Source: a virus. From it: DNA of 64,000 nt. Under the pieces are notes generated by a model. The model was not told the origin of the DNA. It searched no databases and saw nothing but the letters and a program-made list of their open reading frames with translations. The translations under genes and the position numbers were made by a program. The stretch covers positions 224,001 to 288,000 of IMG/VR virus record IMGVR_UViG_3300028840_006907. The stretch is one strand, 5' to 3'. This document shows, piece by piece, positions 34,882 to 43,141 of the stretch (position 1 is its first letter; each line of letters opens with the position of its first letter).

Positions 34882-37173
34882 ATGGGACAGCAATCTTTCA
34901 GTACAGCCGGTTTAACTTCATTTCAAGTTCCTGTTGATATTACATCTATAACGGTAAAGTGTTGGGCTGGTGGAGCTGGTGGAGGAGCCGGGGGGACTTC
35001 TGGTGTTGGAGGAGTGGGTGGCGGTGGTGGCTATGTTCAGGGAGATATAACCGTCACTCCTTCGGAAATACTTAGTATTCATCTTGGGGGTGCTGGGAAT
35101 TCAGGAAGTTTTGGAGGAACTTCTGGTTCTGGAGGTGGTGGTGCTGGTCTATCTAGTGTCTCGCGTGGCTCAACACCTTTATTTGTAGCCGGAGCAGGTG
35201 GGGGAGGCGGTGGTGGAGACAATAGTAATCCGGCTGCTGGTGGAGCTGGTGGGGCAGGAGGTTCCTCTACCGGAGGAACTGGAGGCAGTTCTCTAAATGC
35301 CAATGGAGGAACTGGTGGAAGTCAAGTATCTGGTGGTACTGGTGGTACTGGTGGTATAGTTTCAGGTGCTGCTGGAGGTGCCCCTATTTCTGCAGCAGCT
35401 AATTTTGGTAATTGCCTTGACTTTGATGGAACAGATGAATGGGTCTCTTCAGCTAATTCTTATTCTAATCCTCAGACTTTTACAACTGAGTTATGGTTTA
35501 AAACTACCACTACTTCAGGAGGATTATTAATTGGTTTCGGAAACAGTCAAACAGGAACTTCTACCAGTTATGACAGAAGGATCTGGTTAAGTAATTCCGG
35601 AAATGTCTATTGTGGAGTTTATGCTGGATTAATTTTAGGAGTTCAGACGGTAAATTCTTCTGGTACATATAATGATGGAGAATGGCATCATGTTGCAATG
35701 GTCCATGACTCTGGAGGGTTTGAATTATTTGTTGATGGTATATCACAAGGAACAAATGCAAATCCTTCACAAGATACTTTTACAGGTTACTGGCGACTCG
35801 CAGGAACTACGGTTTGGTCGGGATGGTCTCCTGCTCCTACTAATAATTATTATGTAGGTCAAATTGATGAAGTCAGATTTTGGCAAGAAGCTCGAACAAC
35901 TTGTCAATTAATAAATAATGCAAATAAATATTTAGCTGGAACTGAGACTAATTTAGCTTTTTATTGGAAATTAAATGAATCTTCCGGTTCTACCGCAAAT
36001 GATGAAACTACCAATAATAATGATGGCACACTCCAAAATATGGAAGATGCAGACTGGGTTACTTCTAGTTGGAGTGGTAAGTGGATAGGTATTGGTACTG
36101 GAGGTGATGGTGGAGACGGTAATGATGGAGGGACTACTAGAGGATCAGAGGCTAATGGAGGTATCACTTGTGCTGGATCAGGTGGTACAGCCGATGTCGG
36201 TGCTGCTGGTTATGGTGGCGGTGGTGGCGGTGGCGCTGGTTACGGTGGAGGTGGAGGAGGCTCGGCTTCTCAAGCTTCAAATGCTGGTGGAGGTGGTGGA
36301 GGAGGTGGCTCCAGTTATATAATTGGTTCTGCTACGTCAACTACCAATACGCAAGCTTCGGGACAGAATCCTCCCAACACAAGCGACCCGGACTATACTG
36401 GTTCTGCAGGAGTTGGTGGAAATGGGGGTGCTACAAGTACTGCAGGATCAAATGGTAATAATGGTTTGATTGTTATTAGTTGGACAGAACCTCCGACATA
36501 TGTTGGGATAACATTTGTAGCGAGTAGTTCTCAAAGATTGGCATCAGTAGCAAATTTTACTCCTCCTCAAAATTGCTCCGTATCATGGTGGTTAAAACTA
36601 TCTTCGTTGAATCAGTTTGGGAGGACAGCAAGTCTAAGTGTTAATTGGGAAATAGGTCTATCTGATAATGCAGGTACTCCTACTGCTAATGGTATTATTA
36701 ATGCTATGAATAGTGGTGCTCTTTTGTATTCTTCAACAAGTCTTCAAGCTGATCTTCGTTATCATGTTGTATGTACAGCAACTTCTAGTGCCCGTCAAAT
36801 ATTTTTAAATGGTGTTCTTGATAATAGTGCTGCTTCTGGAGGGACTGCTCCTGCAGCAGGGACTCTTTATGTTGGATGTCAATATGGTGGAACTCTATAT
36901 TTTCTTGATGGGGCTATAGAGGATTTAAGGGTATATAATCGGATAATTACTGCAGAAGAAGTGGCTACAATTTATGCTTGTGAAGGAAGAGACGGTATAA
37001 CATATGGCTTAATACATCGATGGCCTATGAATGAAGGTGCAGCAGGTGTTGTAGCGAGTGGTACTGGTTCTGTAAAAGATGAGGCTACAAATCAATTGAA
37101 TTTAACTGCAACTAATAGTCCAGTTTATTCTGGATCACAATTGAATTATAGACGAAAATATAGGACTCATTAA
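34882..37173 (+). CDS. glycine-rich + LamG + shared LamG-like C-terminal domain protein, paralogue 3
   Basis: 763 aa with the same architecture as 32656-34878: FQVPVDITSITVKCWAGGAGGGAGG...GGGGYVQGDITVTPSEILSIHLGG; FTTELWFKTT, WHHVAMVH, LFVDG, GQIDEVRFWQ; LDGAIEDLRVYNRIITAEEVATIYACEGRDG. Long stretches are identical with paralogue 2 (DGTLQNMEDADWVTSSW; TSTTNTQASGQNPPNT). Confidence 0.75.
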   Translation: MGQQSFSTAGLTSFQVPVDITSITVKCWAGGAGGGAGGTSGVGGVGGGGGYVQGDITVTPSEILSIHLGGAGNSGSFGGTSGSGGGGAGLSSVSRGSTPLFVAGAGGGGGGGDNSNPAAGGAGGAGGSSTGGTGGSSLNANGGTGGSQVSGGTGGTGGIVSGAAGGAPISAAANFGNCLDFDGTDEWVSSANSYSNPQTFTTELWFKTTTTSGGLLIGFGNSQTGTSTSYDRRIWLSNSGNVYCGVYAGLILGVQTVNSSGTYNDGEWHHVAMVHDSGGFELFVDGISQGTNANPSQDTFTGYWRLAGTTVWSGWSPAPTNNYYVGQIDEVRFWQEARTTCQLINNANKYLAGTETNLAFYWKLNESSGSTANDETTNNNDGTLQNMEDADWVTSSWSGKWIGIGTGGDGGDGNDGGTTRGSEANGGITCAGSGGTADVGAAGYGGGGGGGAGYGGGGGGSASQASNAGGGGGGGGSSYIIGSATSTTNTQASGQNPPNTSDPDYTGSAGVGGNGGATSTAGSNGNNGLIVISWTEPPTYVGITFVASSSQRLASVANFTPPQNCSVSWWLKLSSLNQFGRTASLSVNWEIGLSDNAGTPTANGIINAMNSGALLYSSTSLQADLRYHVVCTATSSARQIFLNGVLDNSAASGGTAPAAGTLYVGCQYGGTLYFLDGAIEDLRVYNRIITAEEVATIYACEGRDGITYGLIHRWPMNEGAAGVVASGTGSVKDEATNQLNLTATNSPVYSGSQLNYRRKYRTH

Positions 37174-37220
37174 TTATAAAATTTACATATAAGATCTATA
37201 TAACATATAAGGAGGTTCAA

Positions 37221-37736
37221 ATGTATAAAACAGCATTAGTATGTGGAGTCTGGGACAAATTGCATGAAGGGCATAAAAATATAATTAAATATTCTATAGA
37301 AAATTCTGAATTACTGAAAATTTTTGTATTAGAAATTAATATACATGATAGACATGAAGAGCCTTTTATACCTTATGAAGAAAGAAAAAAAACAGTCGAA
37401 AATTATGTCCTTTCTTTAGGGGCAAGAGATAAGGTACAAATAATAGGAAAAAAAGATGCTACGGAAGTTATGGTATTGGATGAATTGAGAACTGTAGATT
37501 GCGCCTTTGCTTGTGCTAAAGATAAAAATCAGCAAATTTTAGAAATGATAAAAATAACTCAAGATAGAGTTGCTAAATTAGAAGGCCCTGATGGACGTAA
37601 GCCATTTGTTATGGAATGGGTAGATCCTGTGAAAAATGATGAAGGAAAAATAATCTCTTCAAGTAAATACAGGAAAAAAAGCCGTTTAGAAAAAGAAAAG
37701 AGAGTAAATTCTTCAGGTGGATATGGTCGATTTTAA
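37221..37736 (+). CDS. cytidylyltransferase-family nucleotidyltransferase
   Basis: 171 aa with AAGGAGG RBS. N-terminal ALVCGVWDKLHEGHKNIIKYS carries the (H/T)xGH signature of the cytidylyltransferase / PPAT / TagD fold. Confidence 0.6.
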   Translation: MYKTALVCGVWDKLHEGHKNIIKYSIENSELLKIFVLEINIHDRHEEPFIPYEERKKTVENYVLSLGARDKVQIIGKKDATEVMVLDELRTVDCAFACAKDKNQQILEMIKITQDRVAKLEGPDGRKPFVMEWVDPVKNDEGKIISSSKYRKKSRLEKEKRVNSSGGYGRF

Positions 37737-38959
37737 TGGCACAATATAAAGTTCGTACATCTAATGCTAACCAAGGCCAGTATATGAAAAATGCTGGCTC
37801 TCGAACTACTACTGGTCCATTACAATTTGGGAGATCTGGTAAAGGAACAGCAAATGATGTTCGAATAGCTTTAAGATGGCAACCAAATATAGATATGACT
37901 GGTAAATATATGATAGTTACTTCTGCCTATATTCGTGTTACAAGAGAGACTGAAGATACTGGCGCATTTACAGCTACAGTTAGAGTGCATAATGGTTCTG
38001 CTCCTGATTTATCTACAACTGATTTAGCTTGGGGTTATTCTGATATAGGTTATTCTCAATCATGGTCGATAGCAGATTCATGGAGTGCTGATACTGAATT
38101 TACTTCACCTGATATGAAAAGCGCAGTACAAGCTTGGTTTAATAGGAGTGCTCATTCAAGTACGGATTGGATTGGTTTCATTATTGATGATGGTGATTCT
38201 GCTGATGATGAATATAAAGGAGTCTATGATGCTGATCATTCTACTTCAAGTTATCGTCCTGAATTAGAAATAAATTATAAAATATATTCAGGAGGAGATA
38301 ATGGTGGATTATCTTTTACAGCATCGAGTTCTCAGTATTTGGAATCAGTTAGTAATATTACACCTCCTGCAACATCTTCAGTATCTTTTTGGATTTATTT
38401 AACTGAATTGAATCAATTTGGTCGAACTATTAGTCGATTTGCTTATGAAATTGGTCTATCAGATAATGCCGGATCTCCTCCTAATGGGATAGTTAATGCT
38501 ATGACTAGTGGAACTATACTTGTATCAAGTTCTCTTACAGTGAATACCCTTTATCATTGTGTTTGTACGGCCTCATCTACTGCTCGACAGATATATCTTA
38601 ATGGAGTATTGAATACTTCAGGAGGTGGTGGTACGGTATCAACAGCAGGGACTATGTGGATCGGGTCACAAGATGGTGTTGATTTTTTCCTATCTGGTCA
38701 TTTAGAAGATATACGAATTTATAATCGTATCCTTACATTAGCTGAAGTTCAAACTATTTATGCTTGCCAAGGCTCAGATAGTATTACTTATGGATTAATT
38801 CATAGATGGCTTATGAATGAGGGTCCGATAAGTTCGGTAGCAAGTGGTACTGGACTAGTAAAAGATTATGGGATAAATCAAGTAAATATGACTCCATTTA
38901 ATAGTCCAGTTTTTTTAGGAACTCAAATGAAAAATAGGAATAAGTATAGGACCCATTAG
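37736..38959 (+). CDS. virion-associated protein with shared LamG-like C-terminal domain, paralogue 4
   Basis: 407 aa; start overlaps the upstream stop (TAATG). Distinct N-terminal beta-rich domain ending SSYRPELEINYKI. C-terminus LSGHLEDIRIYNRILTLAEVQTIYACQGSDSITYGLIHRWLMNE. Confidence 0.7.
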   Translation: MAQYKVRTSNANQGQYMKNAGSRTTTGPLQFGRSGKGTANDVRIALRWQPNIDMTGKYMIVTSAYIRVTRETEDTGAFTATVRVHNGSAPDLSTTDLAWGYSDIGYSQSWSIADSWSADTEFTSPDMKSAVQAWFNRSAHSSTDWIGFIIDDGDSADDEYKGVYDADHSTSSYRPELEINYKIYSGGDNGGLSFTASSSQYLESVSNITPPATSSVSFWIYLTELNQFGRTISRFAYEIGLSDNAGSPPNGIVNAMTSGTILVSSSLTVNTLYHCVCTASSTARQIYLNGVLNTSGGGGTVSTAGTMWIGSQDGVDFFLSGHLEDIRIYNRILTLAEVQTIYACQGSDSITYGLIHRWLMNEGPISSVASGTGLVKDYGINQVNMTPFNSPVFLGTQMKNRNKYRTH

Positions 38960-39048
38960 GTTGTAATAATGTATAAATATTTCATTAATAATATTACAGG
39001 AATATGTCGATTTTAAAAAGATTTGGATAAAAATAAGGAGATTTTAAA

Positions 39049-40779
39049 ATGGCAGATGTATTAAATAGAACAACGAAAGAACAGAGGTTCAGTGTTCATA
39101 CTCCCGATTATTCAGTAGTAGACTGGATAATAAATCCAGATCTATCCGGAGTGATTGGAGTCCCAGTAAAATATTGGAAAATAGATGGTGATGTTGTTTC
39201 AGAGATGAATCAATCTGAAAAAGATGCGGTTGATAGTGCTCTATTGCCTGGTATAAAAACAGCTAAAAAAGCTTCTTTAAGAACAGAGGGTGACCAATTA
39301 ATAGAAAATCAAGGCTATTCAGCAGGTAAACAAAGATCATTAATTTCTCAGCATTCTAAAAGTACTAAAATGAAACCCAAAAGAGAAAAGTATGTTAGAG
39401 ATTTTATGGATTGGATTGAGCAAGTAGATGAAGAAGTCGTATTAAAACAAGATTTGGTAGATGATCAGACTTCAGAAGCAGGAGTAAATTCTGTTATTTT
39501 AGATTCTGCAGGTCTTATTGCTGCTGATCCTGGTGTTACCATTTCAGGTACTCTTGATACTACAGATAGTTCTAGCTTAGATAATTATCTTGATACAAAT
39601 GCTGAAGTGACTGATCCATTAACCGGTATTGTAGGTCCGTGGGATCAAATGCAGATATTAAATCATCGACGTGAAATATATAATGACTCATCAAATCCAA
39701 TTTATTGGCCTGATAATACTGCCATTTTAGGTTCGGGAGGTTATTTAGAAGATCATGCCAATCGGATTAATAATCTTGAAGTGATTCATGGAAAGTTAGG
39801 TTGGCATAATCAATTAATAACTCAAGCGACTTATACTCGACCTAAAGATCTGCTCATTTATTATGGGTGGTTAAACTCTTATAATTCAGGAATTCTTTCT
39901 TGGAACAATGAGAGCGTGGCTCAGCATATGGCGAGATATAGTCTTCTTGTTTTTGGAGACGGTATTCAGGATCCTGGCCATGGAGATTATGCCAATACTC
40001 AAGTTATTGTTCCACGTGTAAAGGCTTTAAGTTGTTATTCTGAAATTTATGGCTATGTAACTGTTGATCAAACTTTTAGTGATTTTACTTCAAAAGTTGA
40101 TCAATGGGATACCTTACAAGTAGATGGAATATTTTTAGATGAAGCGGGTTATGATCATGGTCGGACTCGGGATGAATTTAATCAGAGAGTAGATTATGTC
40201 CATGGCAAAACTTATGCTAATAAATGTTTTGCTAATGCTTGGAATACAGATCATATTTTAGGAATAACCAATGATCCTAGTTATCCTGATTCTACATATA
40301 ATGACTCTTGTGCTGAATCTAATTTAACTTTAAACGATTGGATTCTTCTTGAAAGTTTTCCTGTCAATACTACAGCATATGCAGCAAATGATGGGTATGA
40401 ATCTATCAGTGATTGGGCCACAAGAGGAGTAAAAGCGAAAGATTTAAGAGCTACATATGGTGTAAATTTTGCCAGTGTTAGTATGATTTCCAATGACCAT
40501 ACAGATAATACTGCTTTATCTAACTTTGCCTTTACTTCTTCGATGATGTTTTCATTAGAAGGTCATGGAACCTCAGATACCAATTATGCTGCTAGTTCTG
40601 CTAGGGTTAATTATTTTCCTCGTCCAGATATCACACAAATGGGAGTTGTTTATAGCTTAAATTGTTCTGTCCAAATTGATGCGAATGATTCGTCAGTCTA
40701 TCATAGATATACACCGAATGCTAAAATGTCGTTAGATTTTTCTGATGGTGCTCATACAAGTACTATAGCAAAATTTTAA
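39049..40779 (+). CDS. putative polysaccharide-active (beta/alpha)8-barrel-like protein with N-terminal extension, paralogue A
   Basis: 576 aa with AAGGAG RBS. The C-terminal ~310 aa is collinear with 41276-42208: RPKDLLIYYGWLNSYNS, LLVFGDGIQDPGHGDYANTQ, YGYVTVDQ, VDGIFLDEAGYDHG, NAWNTDHILG, WILLESFPVN. The DGIF[LM]DE block resembles GH114 / spherulin-4-type hydrolases. This comparison is from memory only. Confidence 0.5.
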   Translation: MADVLNRTTKEQRFSVHTPDYSVVDWIINPDLSGVIGVPVKYWKIDGDVVSEMNQSEKDAVDSALLPGIKTAKKASLRTEGDQLIENQGYSAGKQRSLISQHSKSTKMKPKREKYVRDFMDWIEQVDEEVVLKQDLVDDQTSEAGVNSVILDSAGLIAADPGVTISGTLDTTDSSSLDNYLDTNAEVTDPLTGIVGPWDQMQILNHRREIYNDSSNPIYWPDNTAILGSGGYLEDHANRINNLEVIHGKLGWHNQLITQATYTRPKDLLIYYGWLNSYNSGILSWNNESVAQHMARYSLLVFGDGIQDPGHGDYANTQVIVPRVKALSCYSEIYGYVTVDQTFSDFTSKVDQWDTLQVDGIFLDEAGYDHGRTRDEFNQRVDYVHGKTYANKCFANAWNTDHILGITNDPSYPDSTYNDSCAESNLTLNDWILLESFPVNTTAYAANDGYESISDWATRGVKAKDLRATYGVNFASVSMISNDHTDNTALSNFAFTSSMMFSLEGHGTSDTNYAASSARVNYFPRPDITQMGVVYSLNCSVQIDANDSSVYHRYTPNAKMSLDFSDGAHTSTIAKF

Positions 40780-40788
40780 GAGGATTTT

Positions 40789-41262
40789 ATGGATGTTTTA
40801 TTTGATGTTTATGATTCTGTTGGGGGTGTAGATGTTGATAGTGCTGTAACAGTATTATTTGATACTTCGAGATATATATGTAATAATGTGTCTTTATTAT
40901 CAGGAGAAATTAATATCTTACCTAATTCTCATAGTATAATTCCTCCAGACAATGATATCTTATTACTTATGGCAAAAGTTACAATAGATGCTGTTAGTGG
41001 GAATAATCAAACTCAAGCAAAGATATGGCTCGAAGTTGACACAGGTTCAGGTTATGTAGTGGTACCTGGAACTGATAGTTATTCTTATAGTATTTCAAAT
41101 AGTGTGGGTCATGGTACTGCTATTATAAATACCACATATCAAATTAGTAAATTAAATAAGATTATTTGTAAATTTAGAGTTAGAGCAGAAAAATCAGTGG
41201 GGAATAATTCTTTAAGTACACTAGCTCAAGCTAGTAATTTCATAGGTTTAATTAACGAATGA
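40789..41262 (+). CDS. hypothetical protein
   Basis: 157-aa ORF with AGAGGA RBS, lying between the two barrel-like paralogues. No motif recognised. Confidence 0.6.
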   Translation: MDVLFDVYDSVGGVDVDSAVTVLFDTSRYICNNVSLLSGEINILPNSHSIIPPDNDILLLMAKVTIDAVSGNNQTQAKIWLEVDTGSGYVVVPGTDSYSYSISNSVGHGTAIINTTYQISKLNKIICKFRVRAEKSVGNNSLSTLAQASNFIGLINE

Positions 41263-41275
41263 GGGAGGATTATTT

Positions 41276-42208
41276 ATGAGACCAAAGAACCTGTTAATTT
41301 ATTATGGGTGGCTTAACGCTTATAATAGCGCAGAAAATCAATGGCAAAATGAGAACGTGGCGATTGACCTTTGTAAATATAATGTACTCGTTTTTGGAGA
41401 TGGGATTCAGGATCCAAGTCACGGGGATTTTGCAAATACTCAAGCAATACTCGCTCGAATCAGGGAATTAAACCCAGCTTCATTGATTTTCGGTTATGTG
41501 ACTGTAAACCAATCTATAACAGATTTTACTACAAAAGTAGTATTATGGAATGATCTTGAAGTTGACGGCATCTTTATGGATGAAGCAGGCTATGATTATG
41601 GGAAAAATCGTGCTGAGTTAAATAGTCGTATTGATGTTGTCCATAGTCAAGAGACAGCAAATACATGCTTTTTAAATGCTTGGAATATTGATCATATTCT
41701 TGGTATAGAAGAAGATTCAAATTTTCCTAATGCCACTTTTAATCCAGGTTTAGTAGATTCTAATGCTTATGAAGATGATTGGTATTTATTAGAAAGTTTT
41801 GCCGTTAATACTTCAGCTTATGGTACAAATGATGGGTATGCTAATGGAAGTGAATGGGTTGTTCGTGGAAATAAAGCTATAGAAAAACGAAAAGAATATG
41901 GTATAAAGTTAGCCTCAACTGGAATTATTAATGATGATAATCCTGAAGGTCAGAGTTTATTTGATTTTTGTTATAGGTCTGCATTGGCTTTTAGTTTAAA
42001 TGCCAATGGTACTTCGGATGCTTTTTATGGAGCTAGTTCTGCAGCTACTAAATATTGGGATCGTCCTAAACCTTATCATTTCACCAAAGAGGAAGAATTT
42101 TCTGTAGTGGAAGATCAGAAGACAGCTAATGCTTATATTAGATTTTTTCCATTCATGAAAGTAACTCTTAATTTCGGAACCAATAGTTCATCTATATTAA
42201 GATGGTAA
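41276..42208 (+). CDS. putative polysaccharide-active (beta/alpha)8-barrel-like protein, paralogue B
   Basis: 310 aa with GGGAGG RBS: RPKNLLIYYGWLNAYNS, VLVFGDGIQDPSHGDFANTQ, VDGIFMDEAGYDYG, NAWNIDHILG, WYLLESFAVN. Confidence 0.5.
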   Translation: MRPKNLLIYYGWLNAYNSAENQWQNENVAIDLCKYNVLVFGDGIQDPSHGDFANTQAILARIRELNPASLIFGYVTVNQSITDFTTKVVLWNDLEVDGIFMDEAGYDYGKNRAELNSRIDVVHSQETANTCFLNAWNIDHILGIEEDSNFPNATFNPGLVDSNAYEDDWYLLESFAVNTSAYGTNDGYANGSEWVVRGNKAIEKRKEYGIKLASTGIINDDNPEGQSLFDFCYRSALAFSLNANGTSDAFYGASSAATKYWDRPKPYHFTKEEEFSVVEDQKTANAYIRFFPFMKVTLNFGTNSSSILRW

Positions 42209-42209
42209 G

Positions 42210-42226
42210 TTAATAATCTTTTGATA
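42210..42226 (+). promoter_or_regulatory. conserved intergenic motif, family 3 (TTAATAATCTTYTRATA)
   Basis: TTAATAATCTTTTGATA immediately after the stop at 42208. An 18-nt spacer then TATATA follows. Three further copies lie in the head-module intergenic regions. Confidence 0.45.
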
Positions 42227-42284
42227 CGAAAGCTATATATAGATAGTAATAAAATCCAAATAACAAATACAGATAGGAGATAGT

Positions 42285-42464
42285 ATGAATCAGGTTGATA
42301 TTGAAAGAGAACGTCTTGCTTTTGATGAAAAAGTAGCACTTGCTGAATTAGAGGAAGCGAAAGCAAATCAGAGAGTGAAAGAAATTAAATATCAAAAAGC
42401 TCGTTTTTGTTTAGAAATTTTCGTAGCGAATGCTCGGGAAGAAACTCAAAAAACACAAGGATAG
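42285..42464 (+). CDS. small coiled-coil-like protein (59 aa, below the ORF-track cutoff)
   Basis: AGGAGA 4 nt upstream of the ATG. Reads MNQVDIERERLAFDEKVALAELEEAKANQRVKEIKYQKARFCLEIFVANAREETQKTQG. Fills a gap otherwise covered only by an antisense ORF. Confidence 0.5.
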   Translation: MNQVDIERERLAFDEKVALAELEEAKANQRVKEIKYQKARFCLEIFVANAREETQKTQG

Positions 42465-42470
42465 AATTTT

Positions 42471-42782
42471 ATGCCAGGAGAATTAAAAGATCCTGAACAA
42501 TCTATACCTTTTCACTATGACCCTAAATATGATCAAGTCCCTGGTGCTAATCAGCCAGGGGCTAGAAATACTGATGGGTATATAGAATCTATTATTATGG
42601 AGAATTTAGGGATAAGAGTCAGTCCTGAGAAGATGGAAATGATCATAGAAAAATTGGACGACAAAGGATTCTTTCATAGAAATCCGGGTAGTCAGGAGTT
42701 CAGGGATGAAGTGGTCAAACTAACTAAACGCTTTGTAATGGCGGGAAGGGTCGCTAGAAAATGCCTGATTTTAATAAATTGA
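42471..42782 (+). CDS. hypothetical protein
   Basis: 103-aa ORF with AAGGA upstream. Overlaps the next gene by 22 nt. Confidence 0.6.
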   Translation: MPGELKDPEQSIPFHYDPKYDQVPGANQPGARNTDGYIESIIMENLGIRVSPEKMEMIIEKLDDKGFFHRNPGSQEFRDEVVKLTKRFVMAGRVARKCLILIN

Positions 42783-43141
42783 TAACTGAAATTGATGATG
42801 ATAGTAAAGACATAAAGATAAAATTAGGAAATTTATTTGAAAAATATGAAAATCTTTATCGGGAAGGGAATAGACAGTTTAGAACAGAGAGAATAGCTTC
42901 TGCTGGGTCAATGGATGGTCTGGAAGAATTTCGTCGTTTGATGCTTATTGTAAAAAGAAATAAGGATGTAGTGGCCTCGCTAATGCGGGGTATAGCTAAT
43001 TTTAGGTCTATTTCAAATTTTAAGTTTGTAGAAGAGGAAGTAGAAATTTCAAAACCGAAACCAAAGAAAACAAAGAAAGCTACTCCTGAAAAAGTGATCA
43101 TACCTATACCAATAGTAGCGGAGGAATTTAATGGCGAATAA
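42761..43141 (+). CDS. hypothetical protein
   Basis: 126-aa ORF overlapping the portal start by 11 nt. Has a Lys-rich C-terminal segment. Confidence 0.6.
   Translation: MPDFNKLITEIDDDSKDIKIKLGNLFEKYENLYREGNRQFRTERIASAGSMDGLEEFRRLMLIVKRNKDVVASLMRGIANFRSISNFKFVEEEVEISKPKPKKTKKATPEKVIIPIPIVAEEFNGE

Noticed and set aside
33990-36440. Near-identical stretches between the two Gly-rich genes, considered as a diversity-generating retroelement template/variable repeat pair.
   Set aside because: The differences between the copies are not biased to adenine positions, and no reverse transcriptase is present in the window. Ordinary tandem gene duplication explains them.
32984-36458. ORFs such as 33699-33935, 33794-33997, 35079-35303 and 36168-36458 (PPPP- or WWRW-rich translations).
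   Set aside because: They are frame shadows of the GGN-rich polyglycine-coding blocks inside the two Gly-rich/LamG genes. There are no start signals.
42133-42366. 77-aa minus-strand ORF.
   Set aside because: It overlaps the 3' end of the 41276 gene and the better-supported 59-aa plus-strand ORF. It has no RBS and is the only minus-strand ORF in a long plus-strand block.
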